From Acidobacteriota bacterium (lineage in GTDB: Bacteria; Acidobacteriota; UBA6911; RPQK01; CBDFMZ01), in contig CBDFMZ010000002.1 of NCBI GenBank assembly GCA_965249865.1, positions 482,845-546,844 of the forward strand: a DNA stretch of 64,000 nt. Reading direction: 5' to 3'. Below the pieces are notes generated by a model. The model searched no databases. It saw only the letters and a list, made by a program, of their open reading frames with translations, and was not told the DNA's origin. The number at the start of each line of letters is the position of its first letter. The first letter of the stretch is position 1. The translations under genes were made by a program, and so were the position numbers. Shown piece after piece: positions 1 to 10,177 of this stretch.

Positions 1-67
1 GAAACTTCTGATTTACACATCACGCAGCAGATGATTCAATATCGATTTTGAGTGAAAGAGGTGTTAA

Positions 68-1240
68 ATGGCAAAAGTAGTGACCCGCAGAGAGATTCTG
101 AGAGCAGGACTCATGGCGACGAGCGTGTTGGCGATGGGCATGCCTGAATGGGCAATACCCACCCTGGCCCAGGGAGAGACGCTCGTTCCATTTACTGACA
201 TACCCGACGACTTCAATCCCGGTAGTCAGAACTCGCCGGTCCGTGTCTACGATATTCGGAAGATCACAACTGAAAACACGTTTACTCCAAGGAACGAGTT
301 CTTCACCATCGGGCACTACCCGCAGCCTGAAATCGATGCCTCAATGTACCGGTTAGAGGTGTCCGGATTGGTTGATTCACCGATGCAGCTTTCTCTCGCA
401 GACATTCAGGAGCGACCATCAGTTGAATTGGCGGCTGGTTACGAATGTTCAGGTAACACCGGACGCAACGTCCATGGGTTGGCGTCCAATGGCCTGTGGA
501 CAGGTACCCGGTTGAGCGACCTGCTCACGGACCTAGGAGTCCGGCAGGAGGCCCGGGAAGTTGTCTTCTTCGGCACCGATCATGGAGAGCGGGAAGTGAC
601 ATTTCGGCGTCAGAGCTTCACACTCGACCAGCAGTTTGCGCGGAGCATGTCTCTCGAAAATGCAATGAAACCCGAACCTCTACTAGTTTACCGCCTGAAC
701 AATGAGTCCCTGACCCGTGAGCAAGGGTTTCCTGTGCGCTTGCTTGTGCCTGGCTGGTACGGGGTCGCCAATGTAAAATGGCTTTCGGGAATCCATATTC
801 AGGAAGACCGCTTCGTCGGCCACTACCAGGCGTGGTGGTACCGGACGATCATGGGCGATAGAATCGGTGGTGACATGAAGTTTACGGAAAATGAAGTCAC
901 TAGGATGCAGCTGAAATCGGTTATTGCTCGGGTAACGAAACGAGGCGCTAGTTACCATATTCTCGGGTTCGTTCTGAACGATGGGACGCCACTTCGGTCC
1001 GTCGAGGTGAAGGTGGACGACGGTCCGTGGCAACCCACGGTGCTTGTTGCATCCAACTCGGAATATTCGTGGAAGCTATTTACTTACCGGTGGCAGGGAG
1101 CGACATCGGGAGAACACACTCTAGTCTCGCGTGCCACCGACGCTAATGGACAGGTTCAGTTGACGGAAGCTGATCTTGAAACCAAGCGGACATTTTTGGA
1201 GCACAGTGCTCAGTTCACCCGTAGGGTAAGGATTTCTTGA
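68..1240 (+). CDS. Tat-exported molybdopterin-dependent oxidoreductase (sulfite oxidase/SoxC-like family)
   Basis: Twin-arginine signal VTRREILRAG; Moco-Cys motif ECSGN; GFPVRLLVPGWYGVANVKWL; C-terminal dimerisation domain (VEVKVDDGPW, SRATDANG). Confidence 0.85.
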   Translation: MAKVVTRREILRAGLMATSVLAMGMPEWAIPTLAQGETLVPFTDIPDDFNPGSQNSPVRVYDIRKITTENTFTPRNEFFTIGHYPQPEIDASMYRLEVSGLVDSPMQLSLADIQERPSVELAAGYECSGNTGRNVHGLASNGLWTGTRLSDLLTDLGVRQEAREVVFFGTDHGEREVTFRRQSFTLDQQFARSMSLENAMKPEPLLVYRLNNESLTREQGFPVRLLVPGWYGVANVKWLSGIHIQEDRFVGHYQAWWYRTIMGDRIGGDMKFTENEVTRMQLKSVIARVTKRGASYHILGFVLNDGTPLRSVEVKVDDGPWQPTVLVASNSEYSWKLFTYRWQGATSGEHTLVSRATDANGQVQLTEADLETKRTFLEHSAQFTRRVRIS

Positions 1241-1466
1241 GGACTGGCTTAAGATACTCAGATTAATTTATTGAATATAGAAAAAAATAGATAGGAAGGA
1301 ATGGTACGGTTTGGGGTGCGAATTGGTATAGACCGTAAGTATATTATTTTCTTTGTTTACAGAGTGGAGTCGTTTGAATTCCAGTTGCAGAAAGGGTTTC
1401 AAAAATGAGTTCGGCGTGTGAATGGGGCTGGGCATTTTCGTGCGTGCACCCCTTGAGAGAAAACAA

Positions 1467-1520
1467 CTCTCCCGTCGGCACCAGACGCTTAAGTTCTTCA
1501 AACCAGTTGAGGACGACGTT
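1467..1520 (-). pseudogene. C-terminal remnant of a Ser/Thr kinase-TolB/beta-propeller type protein
   Basis: Translates NVVLNWFEELKRLVPTGE, which I recognise as the typical C-terminus of these proteins; no upstream gene body. Confidence 0.5.
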
Positions 1521-1564
1521 TGCCAAATCATTTTTTGGCGGCGGCTGGTGGGTGCAATTGTTTT

Positions 1565-1706
1565 CAAGTCGAATACCCAGCCCCCCCCTTGATCACCCAC
1601 CGATGGTCTACGTGTTCTTAATGTCTTCCAGCGGATTGGCCTCGAGCAACAGGAGGTCGACCAGCTTGCCGGGTGCTAACGTGCCGAGATGGTTGTCCAA
1701 GAGCTG
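1565..1706 (-). pseudogene. Amidohydrolase family C-terminal remnant
   Basis: Reverse strand reads HLGTLAPGKLVDLLLLEANPLEDIKNT*TIGG, then a frameshift to GGWVFDL; matches the GxIxxGKxADLxxLxxNPLxDI tail. Confidence 0.7.
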
Positions 1707-1756
1707 AAAGCCTCCTCCACCAAGCGCTTGATTCCCTCAAACCATTGGAACTTTTC

Positions 1757-2896
1757 TTAGATGGGCAGCCGGTTGTCCTTGCCGTATCCCGTGAGCTCCA
1801 CATAGCCCCGGCCAAGAGGCTTACCCAGTGAGTTCCGGACCCTCACCGCTCCCTCCCAGTAGTAAAGCTTGGGCAAGTGTCGGCTTCGATTCTCTTGGTT
1901 TTGAAGTTCCGGGACCAGTTCTAGCTCCAGTCCCTCTTCCGGCAGTGACACTCTCCATGCCGAAGGATAGCGGCTGCCCGTGTCAGGGCTGATCCAATGG
2001 GATAATGTCTGTATGCTCCATGTCTTGGGATCGAGATAGCGGACTCGACCCTCCTTATTGACTCGTGTTCCCCGCGCGAAATCGACGGCACCCGAACGGT
2101 CACGAAGGTGATAGAGCATGATATCCACGTCTCGGTCGAGCTGAAGGCTAAACCAGTCCCACCCTACCTGATTCTTCGCCAGCTGGTTGGAGCCGAACTC
2201 CTTGTCCATCCAGCTCTCCCCTTCCACCTGAAACCGCTGACCTTCCCGCCACAGGGTCCCCCGCGTAGCTAGGCGAGTGAAACTGTAGTAGTGACTGGCA
2301 GCGGAGGGAGATTTGCCCTTACGGCTCAGTCCCCCCGGTCCCTGGAAGATCAGCGGCTTCAGTGGCACAGTGGAAAGCTGGAAGCCGAAACGCTGCTCCT
2401 CATCCTGCATTCCAAAATCGAAGGACTGGCCATTCCAGTGAAGTGTCCATCTGTTGTCGGTGCCAGCCGGGGCACGGCTCCAGGCGATGAGCGGATGGGG
2501 ATAAAGAGAAAATTCGCCCAGCAGAGGAATGGCGCGATAAAGGACTTCACTGAAAACATGGCGCCTGTCGAACAGATCGCTAATGGCAGCATGGCCCATG
2601 ATGAGACCGTTGGCGGCCCACCGTGATTCCAGCTGCGGAGACTCTGGACGAAGACCGATGCGAAAGAAGGTGAACTGGTAACCAAAGCGGCGCTCCGGAT
2701 CGCTGCTGGAATGCAGGTGACCCGTGAAGTACCACCATTCAGTCTTGAATTCGGGATGAGCCCAGTGGTCCCGGGGAAAAGACCAGGCGTATGCCGGTTC
2801 CGCCGTCTTCCACTGCCAGTTGATGGAGGAGATGTCCAGCAGGGAAGCAGCCAGAGTGAGCAGCCCCAGGGCGAACATCGATTTACTGAAGGTCAT
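1757..2896 (-). CDS. Secreted lipocalin-like / CrtC-AttH family protein
   Basis: FPRDHWAHPEFKTEWWYFTGHL, YYSFTRL, SWMDKEF, GWDWFSLQL, YWEGAV, GYVELTGY motifs; N-terminal signal. Confidence 0.85.
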   Translation of the reverse strand: MTFSKSMFALGLLTLAASLLDISSINWQWKTAEPAYAWSFPRDHWAHPEFKTEWWYFTGHLHSSSDPERRFGYQFTFFRIGLRPESPQLESRWAANGLIMGHAAISDLFDRRHVFSEVLYRAIPLLGEFSLYPHPLIAWSRAPAGTDNRWTLHWNGQSFDFGMQDEEQRFGFQLSTVPLKPLIFQGPGGLSRKGKSPSAASHYYSFTRLATRGTLWREGQRFQVEGESWMDKEFGSNQLAKNQVGWDWFSLQLDRDVDIMLYHLRDRSGAVDFARGTRVNKEGRVRYLDPKTWSIQTLSHWISPDTGSRYPSAWRVSLPEEGLELELVPELQNQENRSRHLPKLYYWEGAVRVRNSLGKPLGRGYVELTGYGKDNRLPI

Positions 2897-5408
2897 CTCG
2901 ATTCAACTCCGTAGCCGGTGTTCGACTGGCTCGCAGCGCCGGATAGAGGCTGGTCAGCGTCACAGCTCCCAGGATGATGATCGCTGCCTGGGCCAGAGCA
3001 GAACCGGGCCAGTGAAACTGGATGGTCCAGCCAAAGTAGCTCCGGTTGATTATGAAGATGAGAATCAGGGCCAGCAGCAGGCCCCCCGCCAGACCCAGCC
3101 CCAAACCCATCAGTCCCATGCCCAAGCCTTTTCCCAGGAAAATACGAAAGATCTGGCGGGGGTGCGCACCTAAAGCCCGATACAATGCCAGCTCAGCTAC
3201 CTGGGAGCGGGCCAAGATCAGTAAAGCCAGCATGATGCCACACACGGCGATAAGCAGGCTCATCACCTGCAGGATCCGTACCACGGAAAAGGTCTGATCA
3301 AATATCTTGAAAATATCCTCCCGTAGTCGGCGATTGCTACGGATCCGCAACGGCAGTTCGGCAAAATGGGTTTTCAACTCGTCTACTACCTGCTCAGCCT
3401 CCCACCCTGCTTTCAAATAGAGGGAAACGCCGTTGATGCCACCGTCTCCGAAGCAGCGCTCCATTGCACCCAAATCCATGGCCACAGCCCCCGCTTCCGA
3501 GGAGTAATCGTAGAAGACGCCGGCAATTGGCCGTTTGACACGAGCGCCCGATGCACTAAATTCGAGCACCTGACCTACTGTCAAGCCCACCCGACGGGCT
3601 AGCCCTTCGGAAATCAGTACTGCATCTTGTTCCTGCACTTGAAATAATGCCTCTTTCGGATCGCCCCAAAGCAGTGGGAATCGCCGTTTTCCCTCTTGCA
3701 GGTCCATGTCCACTCCGGAGATCGAGACCGGTTTCTGGTCGATGTAAACCTGGATCTTTCGCAGTCGATCTGCTTCAGCGACAGCCGGATGGGAGGATAG
3801 TGCCGAAATCAGCTCTGGGTTCAAAACAGCTTCCGGTTGGCCATGCCACGACTCTGCGGCGATGTAGACGTCGGCACGGACCGTTGTTTCTACCCAAACT
3901 TCCATGGTGCGTCGAAAACTCCCAATCATCAAGGTGATTCCAATCAGCATGGAAATGGCGATGGCCAGTGAGGCGACTGAAAAGGAACTGGTCTGCAGGC
4001 GGGCCAACAGGCTTCTCAGGCTGTAGCCGAAACCGAAGCTGCGGATGGGAATCCGCTTGCAAGTCTGCTGAACAACGAACGGTGTCAGAAGGGACAGCCC
4101 CAACAGTAGGCACAGGGCCAGCACGAAGCCCGAGTGTTTCCAGTTCTGCCCCATCCACCAGAACCAAATCAACGTTGCAGTTTGCAAAGTCAGACTGACA
4201 CCGAACAGAGGCAAGGCCAGCGAACTGGCTTTTTCGTGTAGGGTAAAAGGCGTCAGTAGCGCTTTGATATCTTTACGACTCATGTCTAGGGTCGGAAGAA
4301 ACGCGCCCACAATGGCGCCGCCGATGCCGATAAAGGTGGTTAGCAGATAGAGCCAAGTGGGAATCTGCACCGCCTCGATTCCCTGCAACAGGTAAACGTT
4401 CGTCAGCGTGGAATTGACCATGTCTACATTGCTCCGAGCCACCCAGTAGCCCAACGGTAAGCCTGCCACAACGCCGAGGAGTCCCAACAGAGTCACCTCT
4501 CCCAGGATCAGTCCGAAAACCTGTCCGCGAGTTGCTCCGATGGAACGCAGCAGACCGAACTCGGAGCGCCTTCGCACGAGCGAAGCCTGGATGCTGGTGT
4601 AGACCAGAAAAAGTCCGACGAACAGGCTGATGAGGCTCAAAGCGGTAAGGTTCAATCGGAAAGCACTCATCAGACTGATGGCTTCATTTTTCCGTTGTTC
4701 TGGAGTCTGAACCCTCACCGACAGGCCCAGTTGCTGTTGCAGTCGCTGAGCCACTTCAGCAGTTTGAAACTCCTCCCCAATCTGCACGTCAATTTGATGG
4801 ATATGCCCCGGAATTCCCAGCAGGCTTTGCGCCTGTGCGATATCCATAACGGCCAGTTTTCGGCTGGCCAAGGGATTGACTTTCTGGAAGTCAATCAGGG
4901 ATCCAATCTGCAGGGCAAGGCGGCGGGTACCACTACTGACTTCGATCCGGTCGCCCAGGTGCCACCCCTTGTCTTTGGCCAGCGAGGGGGTGATGGCGAC
5001 CGATCCCTTTTCAAACAGAGCCATGAAAAGATCATCGGACAGATCTCGCCAGGGTAGGTTCACTGGGGACAACAAATCTACACCTAGGATCTGGAGGAAG
5101 AATGGTCGGTTCCCAGGCACCGCTACCTGGATGCGGTAAAGGGGCCAGGCGGCTGCCACGCCTTGGGTGCCCAGCACCTGGGGGAAAAGCGTTTCCGAAA
5201 AAGTGGAGCTTTGGCCTAAAACGGTGAGGTCGGCCTCGCCGCTGACGGCTTGGATGCCTGCTGAGAAAGCGCCAATGGCATTCAGGTTGATGATTTGGAT
5301 GGCAACGACTGATGCCACACCCAGAGCTACACCGAAGGCGGTCAAAAGAAACAGGGTGTACGCACGTCGGAAATGAGCCAGGGATGCTCTTAGAAAATAG
5401 ACAATCAC
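2883..5408 (-). CDS. FtsX/MacB-like ABC transporter permease with duplicated halves (AttF/G-like)
   Basis: 841 aa; two FtsX-type modules (RRSEFGLLRSIGA, ELALYRALGA); overlaps both neighbours. Confidence 0.85.
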   Translation of the reverse strand: MIVYFLRASLAHFRRAYTLFLLTAFGVALGVASVVAIQIINLNAIGAFSAGIQAVSGEADLTVLGQSSTFSETLFPQVLGTQGVAAAWPLYRIQVAVPGNRPFFLQILGVDLLSPVNLPWRDLSDDLFMALFEKGSVAITPSLAKDKGWHLGDRIEVSSGTRRLALQIGSLIDFQKVNPLASRKLAVMDIAQAQSLLGIPGHIHQIDVQIGEEFQTAEVAQRLQQQLGLSVRVQTPEQRKNEAISLMSAFRLNLTALSLISLFVGLFLVYTSIQASLVRRRSEFGLLRSIGATRGQVFGLILGEVTLLGLLGVVAGLPLGYWVARSNVDMVNSTLTNVYLLQGIEAVQIPTWLYLLTTFIGIGGAIVGAFLPTLDMSRKDIKALLTPFTLHEKASSLALPLFGVSLTLQTATLIWFWWMGQNWKHSGFVLALCLLLGLSLLTPFVVQQTCKRIPIRSFGFGYSLRSLLARLQTSSFSVASLAIAISMLIGITLMIGSFRRTMEVWVETTVRADVYIAAESWHGQPEAVLNPELISALSSHPAVAEADRLRKIQVYIDQKPVSISGVDMDLQEGKRRFPLLWGDPKEALFQVQEQDAVLISEGLARRVGLTVGQVLEFSASGARVKRPIAGVFYDYSSEAGAVAMDLGAMERCFGDGGINGVSLYLKAGWEAEQVVDELKTHFAELPLRIRSNRRLREDIFKIFDQTFSVVRILQVMSLLIAVCGIMLALLILARSQVAELALYRALGAHPRQIFRIFLGKGLGMGLMGLGLGLAGGLLLALILIFIINRSYFGWTIQFHWPGSALAQAAIIILGAVTLTSLYPALRASRTPATELNRDDLQ

Positions 5409-6139
5409 GATTTCTCAAGGATTCCGCTATGCAGGTACCAGGTCTCGTCTGCCAGCCGGGCCAGCTCCAGACTGTGGCTGACATAGACGAGGGTGCTTTG
5501 GTTCTCTGAAACCATGTCCGCCATCATTCCCATGACCAATCGACTATTTTCATCATCCAAATTACCGGTGGGTTCATCGGCCAGCAGGAGCGCTGGTTGA
5601 CGGAGCAAGGCACGACAGATGGCGACCCGCTGCATTTCTCCGCCGCTCAGTTTTTGGACATTGTCCTGGGCTCGATCGCCCAGTCCAACCCTATCGAGAA
5701 GCATCCTCACCCGGGACTCCACTGCCGAAGCGTCTTGTCCGGCAATCATTTCGGGTAAGGCGATGTTGTCCTTAACCGACAGATGTGGCAGTAGATAAAA
5801 GAATTGAAAGACTAGACCAATTTGGTGGCGTCTCAGAAGTGTACGCTTCCGCTCGGAAAGCGTCTCCAGACTTTGACCACCGATCTGGATTTCCCCACTG
5901 CTTGGAACGTCGATTCCAGCAGCTAGGTGCAGCAGGGTCGATTTGCCACTGCCACTGCGTCCCACAATTGCAATTTTCTTCCGCTCAGGAACGGCAAAGG
6001 AGACATCGTGCAGTACAAATCGGCTAGCTCCCAGCGTATCATCGTACACCTTGCTCACTTGACGAAAGCTGAGTGCAAGGGGAGCTTGGTCAGCAGATCC
6101 TTGGCTTGATTCGTCACGCACCGTGTTTGTCGAAATCAT
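5405..6139 (-). CDS. ABC transporter ATP-binding protein (LolD/MacB-like, AttE-like)
   Basis: Walker [35 protein letters not shown]. Confidence 0.9.
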   Translation of the reverse strand: MISTNTVRDESSQGSADQAPLALSFRQVSKVYDDTLGASRFVLHDVSFAVPERKKIAIVGRSGSGKSTLLHLAAGIDVPSSGEIQIGGQSLETLSERKRTLLRRHQIGLVFQFFYLLPHLSVKDNIALPEMIAGQDASAVESRVRMLLDRVGLGDRAQDNVQKLSGGEMQRVAICRALLRQPALLLADEPTGNLDDENSRLVMGMMADMVSENQSTLVYVSHSLELARLADETWYLHSGILEKS

Positions 6140-6422
6140 TAGGCTTTAATGTTTAAGCATATCTAAGTTACAAGTTCCACGTTCCATGTTGCAAGTCGAT
6201 GTAGGGCGTGATGCGTAACGAATGAATCTAAATTCAAAACCCCACATTTTAAATGCTAGATTGGTCAGTTAGAAGGCAATGTCAATTTGGTATTTGGGCC
6301 AATTGAATTGTAGAATAATTCGCAACACGAGATGAACCAGCTAGGCTTTCGGAGCTGAAGAAATAGGATTCCTGCTGGTCTGGTCTGCCTGGTTTACTCA
6401 AAATCGGCAGTTCTGGTCTAAC

Positions 6423-6923
6423 ATGGTCGACGAGAGAGGAAAAGAGTCACAGTGGTTCAAGGTCAGTGATCGGCGGCAGTTCACCGGGGAAGAAGAGCCG
6501 CCGCCAGGCGTTGATTCACTCCATCCAGAAGCTTCTCCTGAGCTTCACGAGTTGAAAGTCATAAGTATGACCAATGGAGCACTCACAAAGGAGCGGAACT
6601 TTTTTCTTGCCGGGTTCTTTGCTATGTTTGGTTTTGGCCTACTGTTCAGGGTCCTAGTAGCTTGGCTAACACCTCCAAATGATGAAATCGCTCTCGCTCT
6701 TGCAGGGATTTTGACCCTGATAACAAAGGGGGGATTCGTTTATCTTACATTTCGTCTTTCCAGATTCTTACAACATCCTGTGTGGCTTACCATTGTTTAC
6801 TGTGTTCTGGTGCCGTTCAGCCTACTATACCCAATCCCATTCATCGCCCTGCTCGTTGGAGTCAGGAGGAGGCGAAGTCACAAAGTCATTCCTTCATTAC
6901 TGCTAACTCTCGACAGAAGATAA
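6423..6923 (+). CDS. Hypothetical membrane protein
   Basis: 166-aa ORF with 3-4 hydrophobic segments; N-terminal FKVSDRR motif. Confidence 0.5.
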   Translation: MVDERGKESQWFKVSDRRQFTGEEEPPPGVDSLHPEASPELHELKVISMTNGALTKERNFFLAGFFAMFGFGLLFRVLVAWLTPPNDEIALALAGILTLITKGGFVYLTFRLSRFLQHPVWLTIVYCVLVPFSLLYPIPFIALLVGVRRRRSHKVIPSLLLTLDRR

Positions 6924-7186
6924 AGTCGTCGATTCGTATTCTTTCCCAGCTTCTACAATTGCCCGACGGGAGGCATCCGAATGAACGAATTGTGAGGCCG
7001 TTGTCTGGACCTCGTTTAATTGAGCTGCATTGCCCCTGCTGGGAAGACTGCATGCCGTAAAAAAAGACGCTACCAACCAATGGACTGTCACTTCATTATT
7101 GCCTGGTTGATAAGGTCTCCAGTCCGTATATCAACCAGAGCCCAGAACTAATGCAATTTACTCCAGTATATTAGCATCCTGCTTTG

Positions 7187-7210
7187 CCTGCAACCCTGCA
7201 ACCCTGCAAC
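7187..7210. repeat. Tandem repeat (CCTGCAAC)x3
   Basis: Read directly from the sequence. Confidence 0.85.
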
Positions 7211-7508
7211 CACATGTGCTAACTTTAATATTTTCGATTAGATAAATGTTGCATAGTAGTCTGCAAGCTGGTCGCTACTTTATAACTCAGTATTGGAGGA
7301 GAATGCCTGGATGGGATTTTGGGTACAGTCGACTCCAGGGCATCCCCCCCCACGAGCAGGGTGCGCGGTAATAAGAGACCCTTGTCGCAGAGATTTCTTA
7401 CAACTTGTGCTGATGGAACCAATAACACCTCCACCGCTTCTGCGGCAGTCGGTCCGGATGTTCGCTAGGCTTATCACTACAACCGAATAGGAGCCAAGGA
7501 GGTTCTGC

Positions 7509-8311
7509 ATGAGATTTCAGAACAAGGTAGCGCTGATTACTGGTGCGGGCTCGGGGATAGGCCGAGCGATCGCCTGCCGCTTCGCCGAGGAAGGTGCCCC
7601 GACATTGCGGTTCACGATGTAGCAGTCGAGGGCGCGGCCGCCACGGGGGAAATGGTCCTTACGCGAAATCGGCGCGTCAAAACCTACCAGGTGGACGTTT
7701 CGCGGTTCGATCAGGTCCAGGAGGCCATCGCCCAGACCATCCGGGACTTCGGCCGCGTCCACACTCTGGTAAATTGCGCGGGTGTTAACATATACTGCAG
7801 CCTGTTCGATTTTTCGGACGAGGAGTGGAATCGGATCATCGAGGTCGATCTGACCGGGACCTGGAACTACTGCCGCTACCTTGGCCCCCACCTGGTAGAG
7901 CAAGGAGGCGGCTCAATCGTAAACATCTCATCGGTCGGCGCGTTCCAGACCTCCCACTACAGAGCACCGTACATGGCGAGCAAGGGAGGCGTGACTTCGC
8001 TGACGAAGGCGCTGGCGCTGGACTTAGCCGAGAGCAATGTTCGCGTTAGCACGGTCGCACCCGGGTTGGTCAAGACGGGGATGAGCCGGTCGACTGAGAA
8101 GCGACTGGGAGTAATCACGGAGGACATGGTCCGTGCGCTTACTCCCATGAGGCGGTGGGCTGCGCCGGAGGAAGTTGCCAGCGCCGTGCTTTTCCTCGCC
8201 TCTGATAAAGCCTCCTTCATCACGGGGTAAACCCTGGCGGTGGACGGCGGAATTACGGCTGGCAACCAGTTCGGTATGGCCTGGAAGCTCGTGCCTGAGG
8301 ATGAGGCCTAG
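7509..8311 (+). pseudogene. SDR family oxidoreductase, disrupted
   Basis: [31 protein letters not shown], frameshift near 7600-7650, YMASK catalytic motif, premature TAA at 8228-8230 followed in frame by TLAVDGG...DEA*. Confidence 0.85.
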
Positions 8312-8421
8312 TTGTTCATGGCCCCCAGGTCAGGACCTTAGCAGGCGAAACTTGCGCGCCCATGGGAGACGCATATTGGTGACAGTGGAATCACATCTGA
8401 TCGAATGAAGAAGGAGGTAAT

Positions 8422-8850
8422 TTGGTGAGCACGTCAGGAGAGAGCAAACGATACACACCGTACAGTGACCTGCGCCTGTATCCGGGTGTCCACCTCAGTG
8501 ACGAGCGGCGCCGGCAGCTTGACGCGGATGAGGTCGAACCGGACCAGCTGACCACGGACGCCCCGAAGGAGTGGACAGCTACTGTGCACCGGTCTGCGAC
8601 GGTATGTTCGTTGGCTACGCCGAGGCGTGCCCCGAGTTTGAAAAGGGTGGAATACCCGTTTGCATGTCGAGAGGAACCTCGGACTCACGCTGCCAAGTCC
8701 GGTTCTCCATCAGTCCCCAAGAGTGATGCAAAATGGCCAGCGCCGCTGAGATGATCGCCGACATTCTGGAGGAGGCGGTGGTTAAGAAGAAAGGTCTTGG
8801 GGAACCGGAAAAAGCTATTGGACTTTGGATCCCGCGGCCGCTTTTCGGCC
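8422..8850 (+). pseudogene. Degraded coding fragments (possible V4R/ATC-hydrolase-like piece and a ThDP-enzyme-like N-terminus)
   Basis: AGGAGG RBS before 8422; alternative frames give YCAPVCDGMF...PVCMSRG..RCQVRF and MASAAEMIADILEEA; family calls are tentative. Confidence 0.25.
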
Positions 8851-8966
8851 GATGCACAGAGGCAAGATGAAGAACCGCCAGGTAGACATCCAGGTCGTGG
8901 TTGCTGATCTCCCCGTACTCGGGGTGGGGAAATGTGTTGAGGCGTAGGTTGTTGCTGCCTCCAGCT

Positions 8967-9018
8967 TTCTCTCTTCGCGACCTCACCTCGCCACAAACGT
9001 GAGCGTAAATCGAGTACT
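8967..9018. mobile_element. MITE-like family A partial copy
   Basis: CTCTTCGCGACCTCACCTCGCCACAAACGTGAGCGT..AAATCGAGTACT matches the arms of the 40145-40262 copy. Confidence 0.7.
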
Positions 9019-9047
9019 TAGGTTTGTGATTTGCAGGAGGGTGAACA

Positions 9048-10074
9048 ATGAGCGAAATAAAGACTCACAGGATTGGAAAATCAGAGGCAGTGGTCACCAA
9101 GTTGGGGCTGGGCGGTGCTCCGTTGGGCGATTTGTTCGAGATAGTGACCGAGGAAGACGCACAGTCGATTCTGCGGACCGCCTGGGAAGCCGGTATACGC
9201 TACTTCGACACGGCTCCGTTCTATGGGTACGGCAAGAGCGAACACCGCGTGGGACACTTTCTTCGCCAGCAGGTGCGCAGCGAGTTTATAGTCTCCACAA
9301 AGGTGGGTCGCGTGCTTAAAGCCACGCGGGATCCCGAGAACTTTGAAAAGGGCCTCTGGTCGGGCGCTCTGCCTTTCCATGTCGTATTCGATTACAGTTA
9401 CAATGGCATCGTGCGCTCCTATGAGGACAGCCTGCAGCGGCTCAGTCTGAACTCGATCGATGTGCTGCTCGTCCACGATCTCGACTTCAAGTTTCACCAG
9501 ACCGAGCCGAAGGTCAATGCTTACTTAACGGAACTGAGCACCAGCGGCTGGCGCGCACTCGATGAATTGCGATCGAGTGGAGTGATCAAGGGGATAGGAG
9601 CCGGAATCTAATGAACTGGGAATGATGCCGCGTTTTCTTGATTTGGTAGACATCGACTTTTTCACGGTAGCAATGCCTTATACACTGCTGGATCAGGAGG
9701 TTCTGGACGAAGAGTTTCCCAGGTGCGCCGAGTGCAACGTAGGTGTGGTCATTGGGGCGGTCTTCGCCTCGGGCATTCTGGCAACGGGTCCGGTCGATGG
9801 GGCGCACTACGCTTATGCTCCAGCCGAGGAAGAAATTCTTGAAAAGACCCGTCGCATAGAGGCCGTGTGCAGAAGGCACGAGACTCCGCTGGGTGCGGCA
9901 GCCATACAGTTCCCCCTCGCACATCCGATTGTGGCCGCTATCATCCCCGGTGCGCTCCAGGCCGTTCACATCGAGACCAATTTAAGACTTTTTCGGCATC
10001 CTATCCCTACTGAACTGTGGGTTGAATTGAAGGCGGAAGGCCTGCTCCGCCAAGATGCTCCTGCGCCGGAGTAA
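9048..10074 (+). pseudogene. Aldo/keto reductase (aldose dehydrogenase-like), split by a +1 frameshift
   Basis: GIRYFDTAPFYG, STKVGR, LLVHD; GGA ATC T AAT GAA near 9609 breaks GAGINELG; the C-terminal half continues in ORF 9622-10074. Confidence 0.8.
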
Positions 10075-10177
10075 AAATAGATGGCCAAAGAATAGTTGAT
10101 TCGAAGTTAGAGGCCTGATAGGTTTGCAATTTCTGGATGTTGGATTTTCACCATGGGCTGCTAGCCACAGGGGTGGA

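Noticed and set aside
6165-6199. Degenerate heptamer run (AAGTTAC AAGTTCC ACGTTCC ATGTTGC), with a similar short run near 59030
   Set aside because: Too short and degenerate to assign a function.
7104-7138. 10-bp inverted repeat CTGGTTGATA...TATCAACCAG
   Set aside because: Long loop, no U-tract and no clear associated gene, so I cannot call it a terminator or operator.
9595-9622. Programmed +1 frameshift in the aldo-keto reductase
   Set aside because: There is no prfB-like CTT-TGA slippery site, and neighbouring genes are also broken. Decay or a sequencing error is simpler.
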